Part shown: positions 39,412 to 49,908 of the stretch, piece by piece
Layout: every line of letters begins with the position of its first letter
Position numbering within the stretch: the stretch's first letter is position 1
Origin: Chloroflexota bacterium
GTDB lineage: Bacteria > Chloroflexota > UBA11872 > VXOZ01
DNA: 64,000 bases
Direction: 5' to 3'
Assembly (NCBI GenBank): GCA_963663275.1
Contig: OY760183.1
Span: 3,040,001 to 3,104,000, forward strand
Position numbers and translations under genes: made by a program
Notes under the pieces: generated by a model
The model's input: the letters and a program-made list of their open reading frames with translations, nothing else
What the model was told of the DNA's origin: nothing
Database searches by the model: none

Positions 39412-39687
39412 CTAGGCTGCTCCGCTGAACGCCTGGTTGTAACGGCGCGTGAGTTGCGACTTGTGCCTGGCGGCGTTATTGGTGTGAATAACGCCCTTGC
39501 GGGCGGCGCGGTCGTAGCGGGCGCAGGCCAACGCCACGGCATCCTGCGCCGTCTCTTGGTCGCCGTCCGCGATGGCTTCGGACGCTTTACGGCTGAAGGT
39601 CTTCAAGCTACTGCGCACCGAGCGGTTGCGCAGGCGGCGCCGCTCCTGGCGGCGGACGCGCTTGAGATTGGCTCGTCTCTTGGGCAA
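39412..39687 (-). CDS. rpsT: 30S ribosomal protein S20
   Basis: KRVRRQERRRLRNRSVRSSLKT..DRAARKGVIHTNNAARHKSQL. Confidence 0.97.
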   Translation of the reverse strand: MPKRRANLKRVRRQERRRLRNRSVRSSLKTFSRKASEAIADGDQETAQDAVALACARYDRAARKGVIHTNNAARHKSQLTRRYNQAFSGAA

Positions 39688-39832
39688 TGTCTTGCGTCTC
39701 CTCGACTCTTTCTACCAGACCATGGCGACATAGTACGCCTGTTTCGCCCATTATACCAACTTCCGCCGTGCCGCGCCCGTTGTGAACTCCCATTGGAGCC
39801 CCTTGCGCAACCTCGCCAGTGGGTATTGAGAC

Positions 39833-39946
39833 TCCCTCTCCCTGGGGAGAGGGCCGGGGTGAGGAAAATCCCCATAGACTCCCTCTCACTTCGCAAGATT
39901 TGGGCATGCTTCGCCGCGCAATCTCCCCTCACCCTAACCCTCTCCC
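39833..39946. repeat. REP family C doublet (REPIN-like; CCCTCTCCCTGGGGAGAGGGCCGGGGTGAGG)
   Basis: Reverse-complement homolog at about 43645-43760; single copy at about 20319-20352. Confidence 0.8.
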
Positions 39947-39950
39947 GGCG

Positions 39951-40090
39951 TAGACCTTTGCGTAACCCCTTCCCCATTGGGGGGAAGGTTGGGATGGGGG
40001 GTGAAATGGCTTGACACCATGCACTTTTTAGTTGTAAAAGCACTCTGGATTCCGGTTTTCACCGGAATGACAGAGTTATGCAAAGGTCTC
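39951..40090. mobile_element. MITE with AGACCTTTGC ends inserted in a REP C hairpin
   Basis: AGACCTTTGCGTAAC / GTTATGCAAAGGTCT termini with CGGCG on both flanks; internal REP copies. Confidence 0.6.
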
Positions 40091-40134
40091 CGGCGGGAGA
40101 GGGGACAAGGCGCGCGCCACGCTGCCGCACCGGC

Positions 40135-40437
40135 CTAGCCGTCGGCGTCTTCCGCACTCTCCAGTTTGTACAGTTGCGTGGACGTATCGCGGCAGGTGGC
40201 CGTGCGCAGCACCGCGTCGCGGGAAACGTTGGTAAGGCTGGCCCAGCGTCCCCAGTGCGGTTGGCCCTTGGTCGCGTTGCCTTGCTCGCGCGCCAGCTTG
40301 TGGAGCACAGCAGTCGCGCGATTGGCGACGTTCGCCAGCATCATGGCCGCCGCGGCCGGCGGCAGTTCCGCGGCCATCCCTTTGAGCAGCGCGTCTACCT
40401 CTTTCGGCACCGCGCGGGGCTTGACGTCGATCTCCAT
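40135..40437 (-). CDS. Hypothetical protein
   Basis: 100-aa ORF with GAGGAG RBS and GC3 bias. Confidence 0.7.
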   Translation of the reverse strand: MEIDVKPRAVPKEVDALLKGMAAELPPAAAAMMLANVANRATAVLHKLAREQGNATKGQPHWGRWASLTNVSRDAVLRTATCRDTSTQLYKLESAEDADG

Positions 40438-40704
40438 CGTACTTCTCTCCTCATTGGTTCTTGGTCGGCATATGTGGTTTGCACTCTTCCACCGTGTCCG
40501 GCGCGGCTCCAGGCGCGCGCCTGCCCTGAATCATACCAAACGGCGGCGCGGAAGCCGCAAGGCGGCCGGCGGCGCACACCACGCGGCGATGCGAGGTTTC
40601 TGCACCGTGCCGGGCGCGTGCAAACGAGACCGTGAACGAGTATAGTAGCGTGGAACGCGTATAAACACAGACGCTTGCCAAACACGGGGAGGAACCGCGC
40701 GCTT

Positions 40705-41994
40705 ATGGGCAATGAAGAGCAACCGGAGAACGCCGCGCCCGCGCCCGTAGGGCCGGTCACCCGCGCCGCGCGCATCGACGTCATCGACATCCTGCGCGGG
40801 TTCGCTCTGTTCGGCATCCTGCTGGTCAACATGGAGCTTTTCAGCTACCCGTTCCAGCAGGTACTGCTCGGGCACGGCGAACTGGCGTCGTTTGCCGACC
40901 GGCTGGCCGTCTGGGGCATCGAGCTTTTGGCCGAAACGAAGTTCTACCCCATCTTCTCGTTCCTCTTCGGCCTCGGGTTCGCGCTGCAGATCCAACGCGC
41001 CGAGCAGCGGGGCACGCGCTTCGTGCCGTTCTATCTGCGGCGTCTGTTCATCCTGCTCTTGATCGGCCTCGCCCACGCCGTCTTCATCTGGGTGGGGGAC
41101 ATTCTGGTGCTCTATTCCCTGCTCGGCGCGATTCTGCTGCTCTTCTTCCGCAGCCGCGCGCCGCGCACGCTGCTGATCTGGGCCGGAGTCATGCTGGCGG
41201 TGTCGGCAATTATCATCGGCGGGCTTTCCGGTCTGGCTCTGCTCGTACAGTCGGCGCCGGAAGGCGCGGCGCAGATGGAAAAGCAGTTTGCCGAAACGGA
41301 GGCCGAACTCCGCGTGGCCGCCGCGCAAGCCCGGGAAATTTACACTACCGGCTCATTTGGCGAAGTCACGGCGCAGCGCCTGCGCGACCTCGGCCAGGCG
41401 TATAGCCTCGCCGTCTTCCTCGGCTTCAACGCATTTGCCATGTTCCTGCTCGGTCTCTACGCCGGCCGGCGCGGCATCTTCCGGGACATCGCCGCGCACG
41501 CGCCGCTCTTCCGCAGGATTCTCTGGTGGGCGCTTCCCATCGGCTTCGGCAGCCAGGTGGTGTTCGTGGTGTTGAGCGAAGGCTCCAGCCAACTCCAGCC
41601 GACGGTGGGCAGCCTGGTTGCCGGCGTGGCGCAAACCCTGGGCGCGCCGGCGTTGGCGCTGGGCTACGTGGCGGCAATGACGCTGCTCGTCCAGCGCGAG
41701 GCCTGGCTAAACCGGCTGCGGCCATTGTCCGCGGTCGGGCGCATGGCCTTGACCAACTATCTCCTGCAATCGCTGGTTGCCACCACCATCTTCTACGGCT
41801 ACGGTTTCGGGCTATTCGGACAGGTGGGGCCGGCCGTCGGCCTGCTCATCACCATTGCCATCTTTGTAGCGCAGATACCGTTCAGCGTGTGGTGGATGAA
41901 CCGGTTTCAGTTTGGCCCGGTGGAGTGGCTCTGGCGCACCTTGACCTATATGCGCCCGCAGCCGTTTCGACTGCCGCGCACAACAGAACGCTAG
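40705..41994 (+). CDS. DUF418 (YeiB-like) membrane protein
   Basis: RIDVIDILRGFALFGILLVN, GDILVLY, GRMALTNYLLQS, GPVEWLWR. Confidence 0.93.
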   Translation: MGNEEQPENAAPAPVGPVTRAARIDVIDILRGFALFGILLVNMELFSYPFQQVLLGHGELASFADRLAVWGIELLAETKFYPIFSFLFGLGFALQIQRAEQRGTRFVPFYLRRLFILLLIGLAHAVFIWVGDILVLYSLLGAILLLFFRSRAPRTLLIWAGVMLAVSAIIIGGLSGLALLVQSAPEGAAQMEKQFAETEAELRVAAAQAREIYTTGSFGEVTAQRLRDLGQAYSLAVFLGFNAFAMFLLGLYAGRRGIFRDIAAHAPLFRRILWWALPIGFGSQVVFVVLSEGSSQLQPTVGSLVAGVAQTLGAPALALGYVAAMTLLVQREAWLNRLRPLSAVGRMALTNYLLQSLVATTIFYGYGFGLFGQVGPAVGLLITIAIFVAQIPFSVWWMNRFQFGPVEWLWRTLTYMRPQPFRLPRTTER

Positions 41995-42054
41995 CGCCGT
42001 TGCCAGGTGGGCTTGTAAGGTAACCGGCTCCGGTTAATCCCCTCTCCCCGAGGG

Positions 42055-42213
42055 CTGACAGGGGTAGGCACGTGTCATTCCGAGCGGAGCGAGGAATCTA
42101 GAACCGACGTTTTTGCAGCGAAAGCCTTAGATTCCGCGCTCTTAGCGACTCTCCGCTGCGCTCCGCTCGGAATGACACGGTGAAGTCGGATGTAGAATGC
42201 CTACCCCTGTCAG
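42055..42213. mobile_element. MITE with 16-bp TIRs and an 11-bp target duplication, carrying a REP B doublet
   Basis: Perfect IR CTGACAGGGGTAGGCA / TGCCTACCCCTGTCAG; CTCCCCGAGGG at 42044-42054 and 42214-42224. Confidence 0.8.
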
Positions 42214-42377
42214 CTCCCCGAGGGTGAGGGTGAGAGTGAAACTGTGTTGCTCCCCGAGGAGACTTTTGCGAAACCTCGCTGAGAGACGAACAGTTCCCTC
42301 TCCCTTTGGAGACTCTTGCGTAACCGGAGAGGTAGCAGACGAAGCCCAGCGCGCGTCTCTTGTCCCCTCTCCTGGGA

Positions 42378-43643
42378 TGTACAGTCCGGGGACATGGGTA
42401 ACAGTTATTCAGGGAGATAGGTTACACATTTTGTTCACTGAGGTCTACCGTTCTTATCGGATTGACAGCGAAGTAGACGTTCCAAACGCCGTCGGTTTGC
42501 GTGGGTCGCAGGGCGACGCGGGTGTGGGCGAAAGCTCGCCCCACGCGGAGGGTCTTGCCCTGGAACGAGATGCGGCCGCTGACGTCGACGGCGCGCACCT
42601 GGTCGTCGGGAGCGTAGGTGATGGGGGGCAGCGTTTCGGGAAAGGGCTGTGGACTGGGCGTGTACCGGCTGACGGGCGTGTTGAGCGTGAGGGCGTGGTG
42701 CGGGCGTTCCCGGTTGTAGAAGTGCCGCCAAGCGTCGAAGGCGCGCTGGCAGTGCTCCAGGTTGGTGAAGGTGCGACCGGCCAGGACTTCGCTTTTCAGG
42801 GAGCGGTGGAAGCGTTCCAGCTTGCCGAGGGTCTGGGGATGGTAGGGACGGCTGTGAAGCACCTTGATGCCCAGGCGCATGAGCCAGACGGTGAGCGGCG
42901 TGAAGGGATGGGCGCTGTCGTTGCCCCAGGGGGCGCCGTTGTCCATGAGCATGGCCGCAGGCAGGCCGTAGCGCCGAAAGACGCGGGTGAGGCGCTCCTG
43001 GACGGTCTGACCCCGCTCGTCGGCGCAGGCCTCCACAGCCAGGTTGTAGCGGGAATGGTCGTCGAGCACGGTGAGCGGATGGCAGCGGTCGCGAGACATG
43101 GCGAAATGCCCCTTGAAGTCCATCTGCCAGAGTTCGTTGGGCAGCGGGCGCTCAAAGCGAATGAAGGGCATGCGCTTGGCGCTCTCGGCCGGGTCGATCA
43201 ACCCGTGGCGCTTGAGAATGGCGTTGATGGTGCTCCTGGCGGGCACGTCGGCGTAGCCGCGGTTCCGCAGCATCCGGCCCAGCGCGTCCGCGCCCTTCCC
43301 CGGATGTGCCAGGCGCAAGGCGATGATGTGCCGCTCCATCTCTGGACGCGTGCGCTGTGGGCTGGTGTGCGGACGCCGCGACCGGTCCCCCAGGTTCTCC
43401 ATCCCGCCCTGCCTGTAGCGCGTGCGCCACTTGTAGCCGGTCTTGCGGCTGATGCCCATACGCTTGCACAGTGCGCTCATGCTCACCTCACCCGTCAGCA
43501 TCACGGCTATAAACTCTTCCCGCTCAGACATAGGTGTACTCACTTTCCACGACATGGTCGTCCTCCTCTAGTGACGAATTCCCATGCCTTATGGTGTAAC
43601 CTATGTCCCTGAAAATGTGTTACCTATGTCCCCGGGCTCTACA
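42378..43643 (-). mobile_element. IS481-family insertion sequence
   Basis: TGT...ACA ends with about 49-bp imperfect TIRs containing repeated GGGACATAGGTAACA; near-perfect 6-bp flank duplication ctggga/gtggga. Confidence 0.92.
42422..43555 (-). CDS. IS481-family transposase
   Basis: SRKTGYKW HTH, WQMDFKG, DDHSRY, MDNG, PQTLGKLERFHRSLK. Confidence 0.96.
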   Translation of the reverse strand: MSWKVSTPMSEREEFIAVMLTGEVSMSALCKRMGISRKTGYKWRTRYRQGGMENLGDRSRRPHTSPQRTRPEMERHIIALRLAHPGKGADALGRMLRNRGYADVPARSTINAILKRHGLIDPAESAKRMPFIRFERPLPNELWQMDFKGHFAMSRDRCHPLTVLDDHSRYNLAVEACADERGQTVQERLTRVFRRYGLPAAMLMDNGAPWGNDSAHPFTPLTVWLMRLGIKVLHSRPYHPQTLGKLERFHRSLKSEVLAGRTFTNLEHCQRAFDAWRHFYNRERPHHALTLNTPVSRYTPSPQPFPETLPPITYAPDDQVRAVDVSGRISFQGKTLRVGRAFAHTRVALRPTQTDGVWNVYFAVNPIRTVDLSEQNV

Positions 43644-43948
43644 GTGGGAGAGGGTTAGGGTGAGGGGAGATTGTGCAGCGAGTTGTGCCCAAACCTTGCG
43701 GAGTGGGGCCGAACCGACGAGGATTCCCCCTCACCCCGGCCCTCTCCCCAGGGAGAGGGAGCTTCAATGCGCGCCGACCAGGGTTACGCAAAGGTCTCCC
43801 CAGGGAGAGGGAGCTTCAGTGCGCGCGCTGCGGATTCGGAACGCGCGGAGAGCCGCGCCGGGACGAAGAATGCCAAACGAGCGCCAATGGTTATATAATC
43901 GCCATTGGTTGATGTTGATATAATGCACGCCCCTTGGGAGGAACACCC

Positions 43949-44824
43949 GTGGTCATAGACGCCCATCATCACCTTGGACAGGAAGCCGACTACGCCGACA
44001 AGCTCATCGACACCATGGCCAAGCTCGGCGTTGACAAGACCGTCTTGCTGGCTACCGGCACCAGCGGGCCCGGCAGCAGCAACGAGGAAATCGAGAAGGC
44101 CATCAAGAAGCACGCCGACAAGCTGATCGGCTTCGGCTGGGTGGACCCGGCGCTGGATCCCAACGCGGTTGACACCGTTCAGCAACTCTACGACCAAGGC
44201 TTCCGGGGCCTGAAGTTCATCAAGACCCGCAAAGCCTACGACGACCGCTCCTACATCCCCACGTACCAGAAGGCCGCCGACCTGGAAATGCCCATTCTCT
44301 TCCACCAGGGCATCGTGGCGCGCCACGCCGACGACATCGCGAACGACGTGCACTCCGGCCGCATGATGCCCGTGCACCTCGACTACATCGCGCGCCAGGT
44401 GCCCGAACTCGTCATGATCGGCGCGCACCTGGGCAATCCGTGGTGGTACGAGGGCGGCATGGTGCTGCGCTGGAACCCCAATCTCTACATGGACATCACC
44501 GGCTCCACCCTGAAGATGCTGGCGCCCGAGGACGTGGGCAAGATTCTCTGGTGGCGGCGCGACAGCCAGTACCGCGATCCCTGGGGTCGCGACGCCTGGG
44601 AAAAAATCGTTTTCGGCACCGACGTGCCCTACTTCCTGATGGAAGACGTGATGAACGACTACCGCAACTGCATGGACGTGCTCGGCGTGCCGCCCGACAT
44701 CCAGCAGGGCGTCTGGGGCGATACGATGGAGAAAGTCCTGAGCTACGAACTCTCCGAAAAACACCGCCCGTTCGACGACCAGGGCGGCCACTACCCGCAC
44801 GCTATTCCCCAAGGGGAGAAGTAA
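43949..44824 (+). CDS. Amidohydrolase_2 family protein
   Basis: IDAHHH, GFRGLK, ILFHQG, AHLG, FGTDVP. Confidence 0.9.
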   Translation: MVIDAHHHLGQEADYADKLIDTMAKLGVDKTVLLATGTSGPGSSNEEIEKAIKKHADKLIGFGWVDPALDPNAVDTVQQLYDQGFRGLKFIKTRKAYDDRSYIPTYQKAADLEMPILFHQGIVARHADDIANDVHSGRMMPVHLDYIARQVPELVMIGAHLGNPWWYEGGMVLRWNPNLYMDITGSTLKMLAPEDVGKILWWRRDSQYRDPWGRDAWEKIVFGTDVPYFLMEDVMNDYRNCMDVLGVPPDIQQGVWGDTMEKVLSYELSEKHRPFDDQGGHYPHAIPQGEK

Positions 44825-45109
44825 GCAGAGGACATTGTAGAAAGTGTTCGCAAAGCCCGAGAGAACCGTTTGTGCTGAGCCTGCCGAAAGGTGAACGGTG
44901 GTTCGGTTGTGGCGCGCTGTGCTACCCGTTCATACTTCGACAAGCTCAGCACGAACGGGTAGCACAGCGCTCATTAATTCTTTACTATGCGGCCGCATTA
45001 GGGCTTGTCCCTTGCTTCCCCGTGTCGGGGCGACAACGTATACCATCGGTTCCGTACGTACTTCGACAAGCTCAGCACGAACGGATTCTTGAAACGGAGG
45101 ACCCTACGC

Positions 45110-45997
45110 ATGGAGACGCGCAGACTGGGCCGGACCGACATGGACGTGCGTTGGCTGGGATTCGGCGCGGCGCGCATCGCCACCGACGCCGGTTCGCCGG
45201 CGGAAACCGCAAACATGCTCAACACGCTCCTAGACAGCGGCGTCAACTACATCGACACCGCGCTCTGCTACGGGGAGAGCGAAGAGACCCTGGGCAAGCA
45301 CATCAGCCACCGCCGGGACGAGTATTGGCTCACCACCAAGTGCGGACACGTTGACGGCGACGTGACCGCGCCGGAGTGGACGGCGGAGGCGGTGACGCAA
45401 GGTATCGACCAGTCCCTGCGCCGCATGAAGACCGACCGTCTCGATCTGGTGCACGTTCACACCTGCGAGGTGGACGTGCTGCGCCGGGGCGACGTGGTGC
45501 GCGCCCTCCAGGACGCCCAGCGCGCCGGCAAGACCCGCTACTTCGGCTACAGCGGCGATAACGAGGCGGCGCTGGAAGCCATCGGCATGGGGGTGTTCGC
45601 GACCCTGCTGACGTCGTTCAACGTGGTCGACCAGCGCGCGCTTGACACGGTGTTTCCCAGTGCTGAAGCGGCCGGTATGGGCATCATCGCCAAGCGCCCC
45701 ATCGCCAACGCGGCCTTCAACCGGCCTGCCTCGCCGTACGACTATGCCGATGGGTACTGGCAGCGAGCGCAGCACTTCTCGGTGCCGGAGGATGCCCCGC
45801 AGGACGGCGTGGCGCTGGCGCTGCGCTTCTGCCGCTCGTTCGACTACGTCGATACGGCCATCGTCGGCATCGATACCGTGGCGCAACTGCGCGCCAATTT
45901 GCGCGACGTAAACACCGGGCCGCTGCCGCCGTCCGCCCTTGCCTCGCTGCGGGAGCAATTCCAGCAGCACGGCCGGGACTGGCCGCAGCTACTCTGA
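45110..45997 (+). CDS. Aldo/keto reductase
   Basis: IDTALCYG, TKCG, SLRRMKTDRLDLVHVH, GKTRYFGYS. Confidence 0.92.
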   Translation: METRRLGRTDMDVRWLGFGAARIATDAGSPAETANMLNTLLDSGVNYIDTALCYGESEETLGKHISHRRDEYWLTTKCGHVDGDVTAPEWTAEAVTQGIDQSLRRMKTDRLDLVHVHTCEVDVLRRGDVVRALQDAQRAGKTRYFGYSGDNEAALEAIGMGVFATLLTSFNVVDQRALDTVFPSAEAAGMGIIAKRPIANAAFNRPASPYDYADGYWQRAQHFSVPEDAPQDGVALALRFCRSFDYVDTAIVGIDTVAQLRANLRDVNTGPLPPSALASLREQFQQHGRDWPQLL

Positions 45998-47266
45998 GAC
46001 TGTGTTGCGCGGCAGGCCGAAGTACCAGAAGAAGAGCAACGCGCTGACGCCGGTGAGCATCGCGCTGCCCAGGAAGAAGGGTTGGTAGCCGTAGACGCCG
46101 ACCAGGTAGCCGCCGGCGAAACCCATCGTGCCCCAGCCGATCCCCGCCACCATGTTGGCCACGCCCGCGGCGGTCTCCCGCCAGCGCGCCGGCACCACTT
46201 CCATCGTGTGGCGCAGGCTGCACGGGCGCTGGATGTACGTAAAGCTGACCAGTCCCGCGTAGCCGATCGCCGCCCCGGCCCAGTGCGGCAGCAAGGCGAA
46301 CGCCACCGTGCTCAACGCCATGCCCAGACTGGCCCAAACGATTACCGGCTCAAGCCCCCACCGCCGCGCGAAATAGGGCGAAAGCAGCGCCGCGAAACCG
46401 CCCACAAGCTGGCCGCAGGCGGCCAACATGCCGATCTGCGCCGTGGGCATGGCGAGAATCTCGTCCAGATAGACGTTGAAGAAGGTGCGTTGCGCGCCCT
46501 CTGAGGCAATGCGCAGCATGATGACCAGGCCCATCACGGTAATGATCAGGATTGGCATCGCCGACGAGGAAGATCTGGCGGCGCGCACCGGTGGCTCCTC
46601 TCTCTCCACGGTAACCGTAGCCGGTGTGGTACTGCAGAGCGCCACCACGCCCACGAGCAGCGCGAACGCCGCCACCAGCAGCGCCAACGCAAACGAGGCC
46701 GTATCCGTGATGGGGAACAGCCGTGCCAGCGTCCCCGGCAGGAATCCGCCCACCAAAGCGCCCACGAACGCCGCGATGGGACTCATGCCCACCCGCAGGG
46801 AATAGAGGTACATGCGCTCCCGGGGCGTTGTCGATTGGAGCATGAACGGGTTGCTGTTGACGAAGTAAGCGTCCAGCCCCATGGACGTAACCGTGTACGC
46901 CGCCGCGATCCACGCCACCTGTACGGCGCCCGAGAGGAACTGCGCGGCCGGCAGCAAGCCGGTGCCCAACGCCGCCAGCACGAATCCCACCTGCAACATG
47001 CGCCGCGTGCCAAAGCGCGCCCCCAGTGCCCCGGCGGGCAGGCTGAATACGGCGTACGCCACGAAACCCATGCCGTTGACCAGCCCGACTACCGTGGGTC
47101 CGTAGCCCAGGCGCAGCAGATAGAGATTGAGGAGCACGGCATAGATGCCGAAGAAGGCAAAGCCGAGCAGCAGCGCGCTGAGAATGAAGATGCGCACGTT
47201 GCGGTTGAAGAGCCGCAACGCCTGGAAATAGCCGGTCACCGCCACCGTGTCTTGCGCCGCCTGCAC
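45989..47266 (-). CDS. MFS transporter
   Basis: 12 hydrophobic segments; GALGARFGTRR motif A. Confidence 0.88.
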   Translation of the reverse strand: MQAAQDTVAVTGYFQALRLFNRNVRIFILSALLLGFAFFGIYAVLLNLYLLRLGYGPTVVGLVNGMGFVAYAVFSLPAGALGARFGTRRMLQVGFVLAALGTGLLPAAQFLSGAVQVAWIAAAYTVTSMGLDAYFVNSNPFMLQSTTPRERMYLYSLRVGMSPIAAFVGALVGGFLPGTLARLFPITDTASFALALLVAAFALLVGVVALCSTTPATVTVEREEPPVRAARSSSSAMPILIITVMGLVIMLRIASEGAQRTFFNVYLDEILAMPTAQIGMLAACGQLVGGFAALLSPYFARRWGLEPVIVWASLGMALSTVAFALLPHWAGAAIGYAGLVSFTYIQRPCSLRHTMEVVPARWRETAAGVANMVAGIGWGTMGFAGGYLVGVYGYQPFFLGSAMLTGVSALLFFWYFGLPRNTVSE

Positions 47267-47676
47267 GAAGCCCTCTGTTCCCTACACAACAAACGCGCGC
47301 CGCCAGAAACGGCGCGCGACTACCAACCATGTGCCGGGAATATCGTACCACGCCCGCGAATCACGCCGCTGCGGGCAAAAGCCGGCGGCCCTTTGCGCGC
47401 GTTGATGGGAAACGGCCCTCACCTGCGCTTCCCAGCCTGTTCGATGATTGTGCGACGATGCGAACTGCAACAGATAGGGCCGTATAGCTAGAGTATCCAA
47501 GCCCTGGGCCATCACTTCAGGTGTACCGGACTGTCAAATCACGGGAAGGGTGCTCAGCGGCTAGGCCGTTTCAACCTAACGGGGTCATTGCATGGCACAA
47601 CGGCTGCCGTTACAGTTAAACGGATTGGAATAACTGCCAGCAACTGTATCAACTAACTGAGCCGGGAGGGCGTAAG

Positions 47677-48339
47677 ATGTGGTCGCCAAGAAGCAAGCAA
47701 TCTCAATATCTGAAGTGCGGGAAAGAGACGTTTCGCGACCGGGCAGAGGGTGTTGGTTTTGACATTTTCAAGTTTTGGCGCTGGGCGCACTCCGACTTGC
47801 TGGGCAATGCCGCTCGCGGCGTCTTGGCCGAGTACCTGGTCGCCCGCGCGCTCAACTATACGTGTGAGCCGCGTCATGAGTGGGATGCTGTCGATGCTGA
47901 AACCAAGAGTGGACTCAAGGTTGAGGTAAAGAGTGCAGCCTACGCTCAAAGTTGGCCACGGGACAAGCCGTCAGTGATCAGCTTCAATATCGCCAAGAAG
48001 AAAGTATCGTGGAACGCAAAGACGGACAAGTATGAGAAGTACTGCCCACCCAAGCGTGTAGCGGACGTGTACGTCTTCTGTCTACTTATCGGTCAGTCCG
48101 ATTACCCTGGCCCCAAACCCGATCCTGACCCCGACCCCTTGGACCTGAGCCAGTGGGAGTTCTACGTGCTGCCTACCAAGAAGCTTCCGAATCAGAAGAC
48201 GATTAGTTTCAACCCGCTCAAAGATCTCGTGAAACGCGCGACAGGAAGAAGCGCGACACCGTATGAAGAGTTGGAAGACGTCATAGAGGAGTTGGGTAAA
48301 GGCAGCAAGGCCGCTACCGAAGACACATGCTGCTGCTAG
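47677..48339 (+). CDS. Hypothetical protein with a PD-(D/E)XK nuclease-like motif
   Basis: RGVLAEYLV..WDAVD..KVEVKSAAY; lower GC. Confidence 0.65.
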   Translation: MWSPRSKQSQYLKCGKETFRDRAEGVGFDIFKFWRWAHSDLLGNAARGVLAEYLVARALNYTCEPRHEWDAVDAETKSGLKVEVKSAAYAQSWPRDKPSVISFNIAKKKVSWNAKTDKYEKYCPPKRVADVYVFCLLIGQSDYPGPKPDPDPDPLDLSQWEFYVLPTKKLPNQKTISFNPLKDLVKRATGRSATPYEELEDVIEELGKGSKAATEDTCCC

Positions 48340-48557
48340 GCCCCGGTTGATCTCTCAAGTCCAGCTACAATCCTCGGCAGCGGACCAACAGCTTCTCGCT
48401 GAGAAACAGGGATTTCATGCAGCAGGCTGACAATGCTATTTCACTTATTGACAATAGCAGGGGAACTATAGGAATCGTCCACTCCGGGAAGAGCAATCTG
48501 CAGTCACTCACCGCCAAGGGCTTCACGCACAAACCGTGGCAACCTGCGTGAGCGTTC

Positions 48558-49250
48558 CTAGAGCCGACCGCGATTGAGTTCTGCCAAAGACAGCTTCCGG
48601 TCCGGATTGCGATAGAGCCACGTCTCGAAGTTCCGCTTGATGGCGGGCCACTCGCTGTCCAGCATGGCGAACCACGCGGTATCGCGATTGCGGCCTTTGC
48701 GAATCATGTGCTGGCGGAAAATGCCTTCAAAGCTAAAGCCAAGTCGCAGGGCCGCCGCCCGCGACTTTGCGTTCAGGGAGTCGCATTTCCACTCGACCCG
48801 CCGGTAATTGAGTCTGTCGAAGGCCTCGCACAGCATTAGATACGCAGCCTCCGTATTCGCCTGTGTCCGCTGGACATCCGGCGTATACCAGATGTTCCCG
48901 ATTTCCAGGCGGCGCATCTCCTCAGCAATGTTGATAATGCTTACCATCCCCACGCGCCGCTGGGATTCGTGGTGATGGACGGTAAAGAAAAGCTGATCGT
49001 CCGACGCTGCCTGCTCCGCAAGCCACGCTTGCATGCTCTCAATGCCGTCAAATGGACCGTACGGCAAATACGTCCAAACCTGCTCCCTGCTTCTAGAACC
49101 GTGAGTGCCCGCGTAGAGTTGCCCGACGTCTGCTTTGGGATCGACCGGCGACAGCGTGACAAACCGGCCGCAATAGTCCGCCCTGCGCGGCAATCCTACC
49201 GGGCCAACCGCCTTTACCACATTCCCAACCGGGAGAGACGAGCGTGCCAT
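48558..49250 (-). CDS. GNAT family N-acetyltransferase
   Basis: LEIGNIW, YRRVEWKCDSLNAKSRAAALRLGF, RDTAWFAM. Confidence 0.92.
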   Translation of the reverse strand: MARSSLPVGNVVKAVGPVGLPRRADYCGRFVTLSPVDPKADVGQLYAGTHGSRSREQVWTYLPYGPFDGIESMQAWLAEQAASDDQLFFTVHHHESQRRVGMVSIINIAEEMRRLEIGNIWYTPDVQRTQANTEAAYLMLCEAFDRLNYRRVEWKCDSLNAKSRAAALRLGFSFEGIFRQHMIRKGRNRDTAWFAMLDSEWPAIKRNFETWLYRNPDRKLSLAELNRGRL

Positions 49251-49283
49251 AGGTGTTCCTGGAAGTTTTGGACGCAAGGAGCG

Positions 49284-49613
49284 CTATTTCCACTCGTCGT
49301 CCGTCGGCCAGATGTTGGAACTCCCCGCGCCCGCGCCGGCTCCCGGGGGACGCTCTTCCATCCAGTCCTTGACCGTGTCCCGCCACTTGATGAAGTGCGG
49401 CGCTTTCAGGTGCTCCTGAAAGGCGGCCTCGTCCACGTAGACTTCGTAGAGCCAGATACGGTTCGGGTCGGCGCTGTCCTGGACCACGTCGAACCGCAGG
49501 CAACCGGGCTCGTCGTTCACCGAGCCCTTGGCGTCCCCCAGCATCGCCTCGATGAAGGCGTCCTTATAGCCCTCCTTGATCTTGATCGGCGCGACGATGA
49601 TGTACATGCTCAT
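49284..49613 (-). CDS. Putative quinol monooxygenase (ABM/LsrG-like)
   Basis: EPGCLRFDV..LYEVY..HLKAPHF. Confidence 0.9.
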   Translation of the reverse strand: MSMYIIVAPIKIKEGYKDAFIEAMLGDAKGSVNDEPGCLRFDVVQDSADPNRIWLYEVYVDEAAFQEHLKAPHFIKWRDTVKDWMEERPPGAGAGAGSSNIWPTDDEWK

Positions 49614-49908
49614 GCCTCCTCATGCTGTTTCGGCGTCACGTCTCTTCCGCCATTGCCTTGTCCATGATAATGCGGGCGCCATGCTTCGTACAGAGCGAGA
49701 CCCTATGCAGTTAATCCCGCCTAGGTCGACATCCTGGACTCTGCTCACCTTTGACAACAGCCGGCTTCCGTACTAGAGTGATATAAATTCCAGCCTGAGT
49801 CCAGTCCCAATTGCAATACAACGAAGATACACTACAAGAGTAAAGTACCCTATCACATAGGGCTGCGCCGGCAGCGGACAGCAGCATTACAGGAGGTCAC
49901 CAACGACA

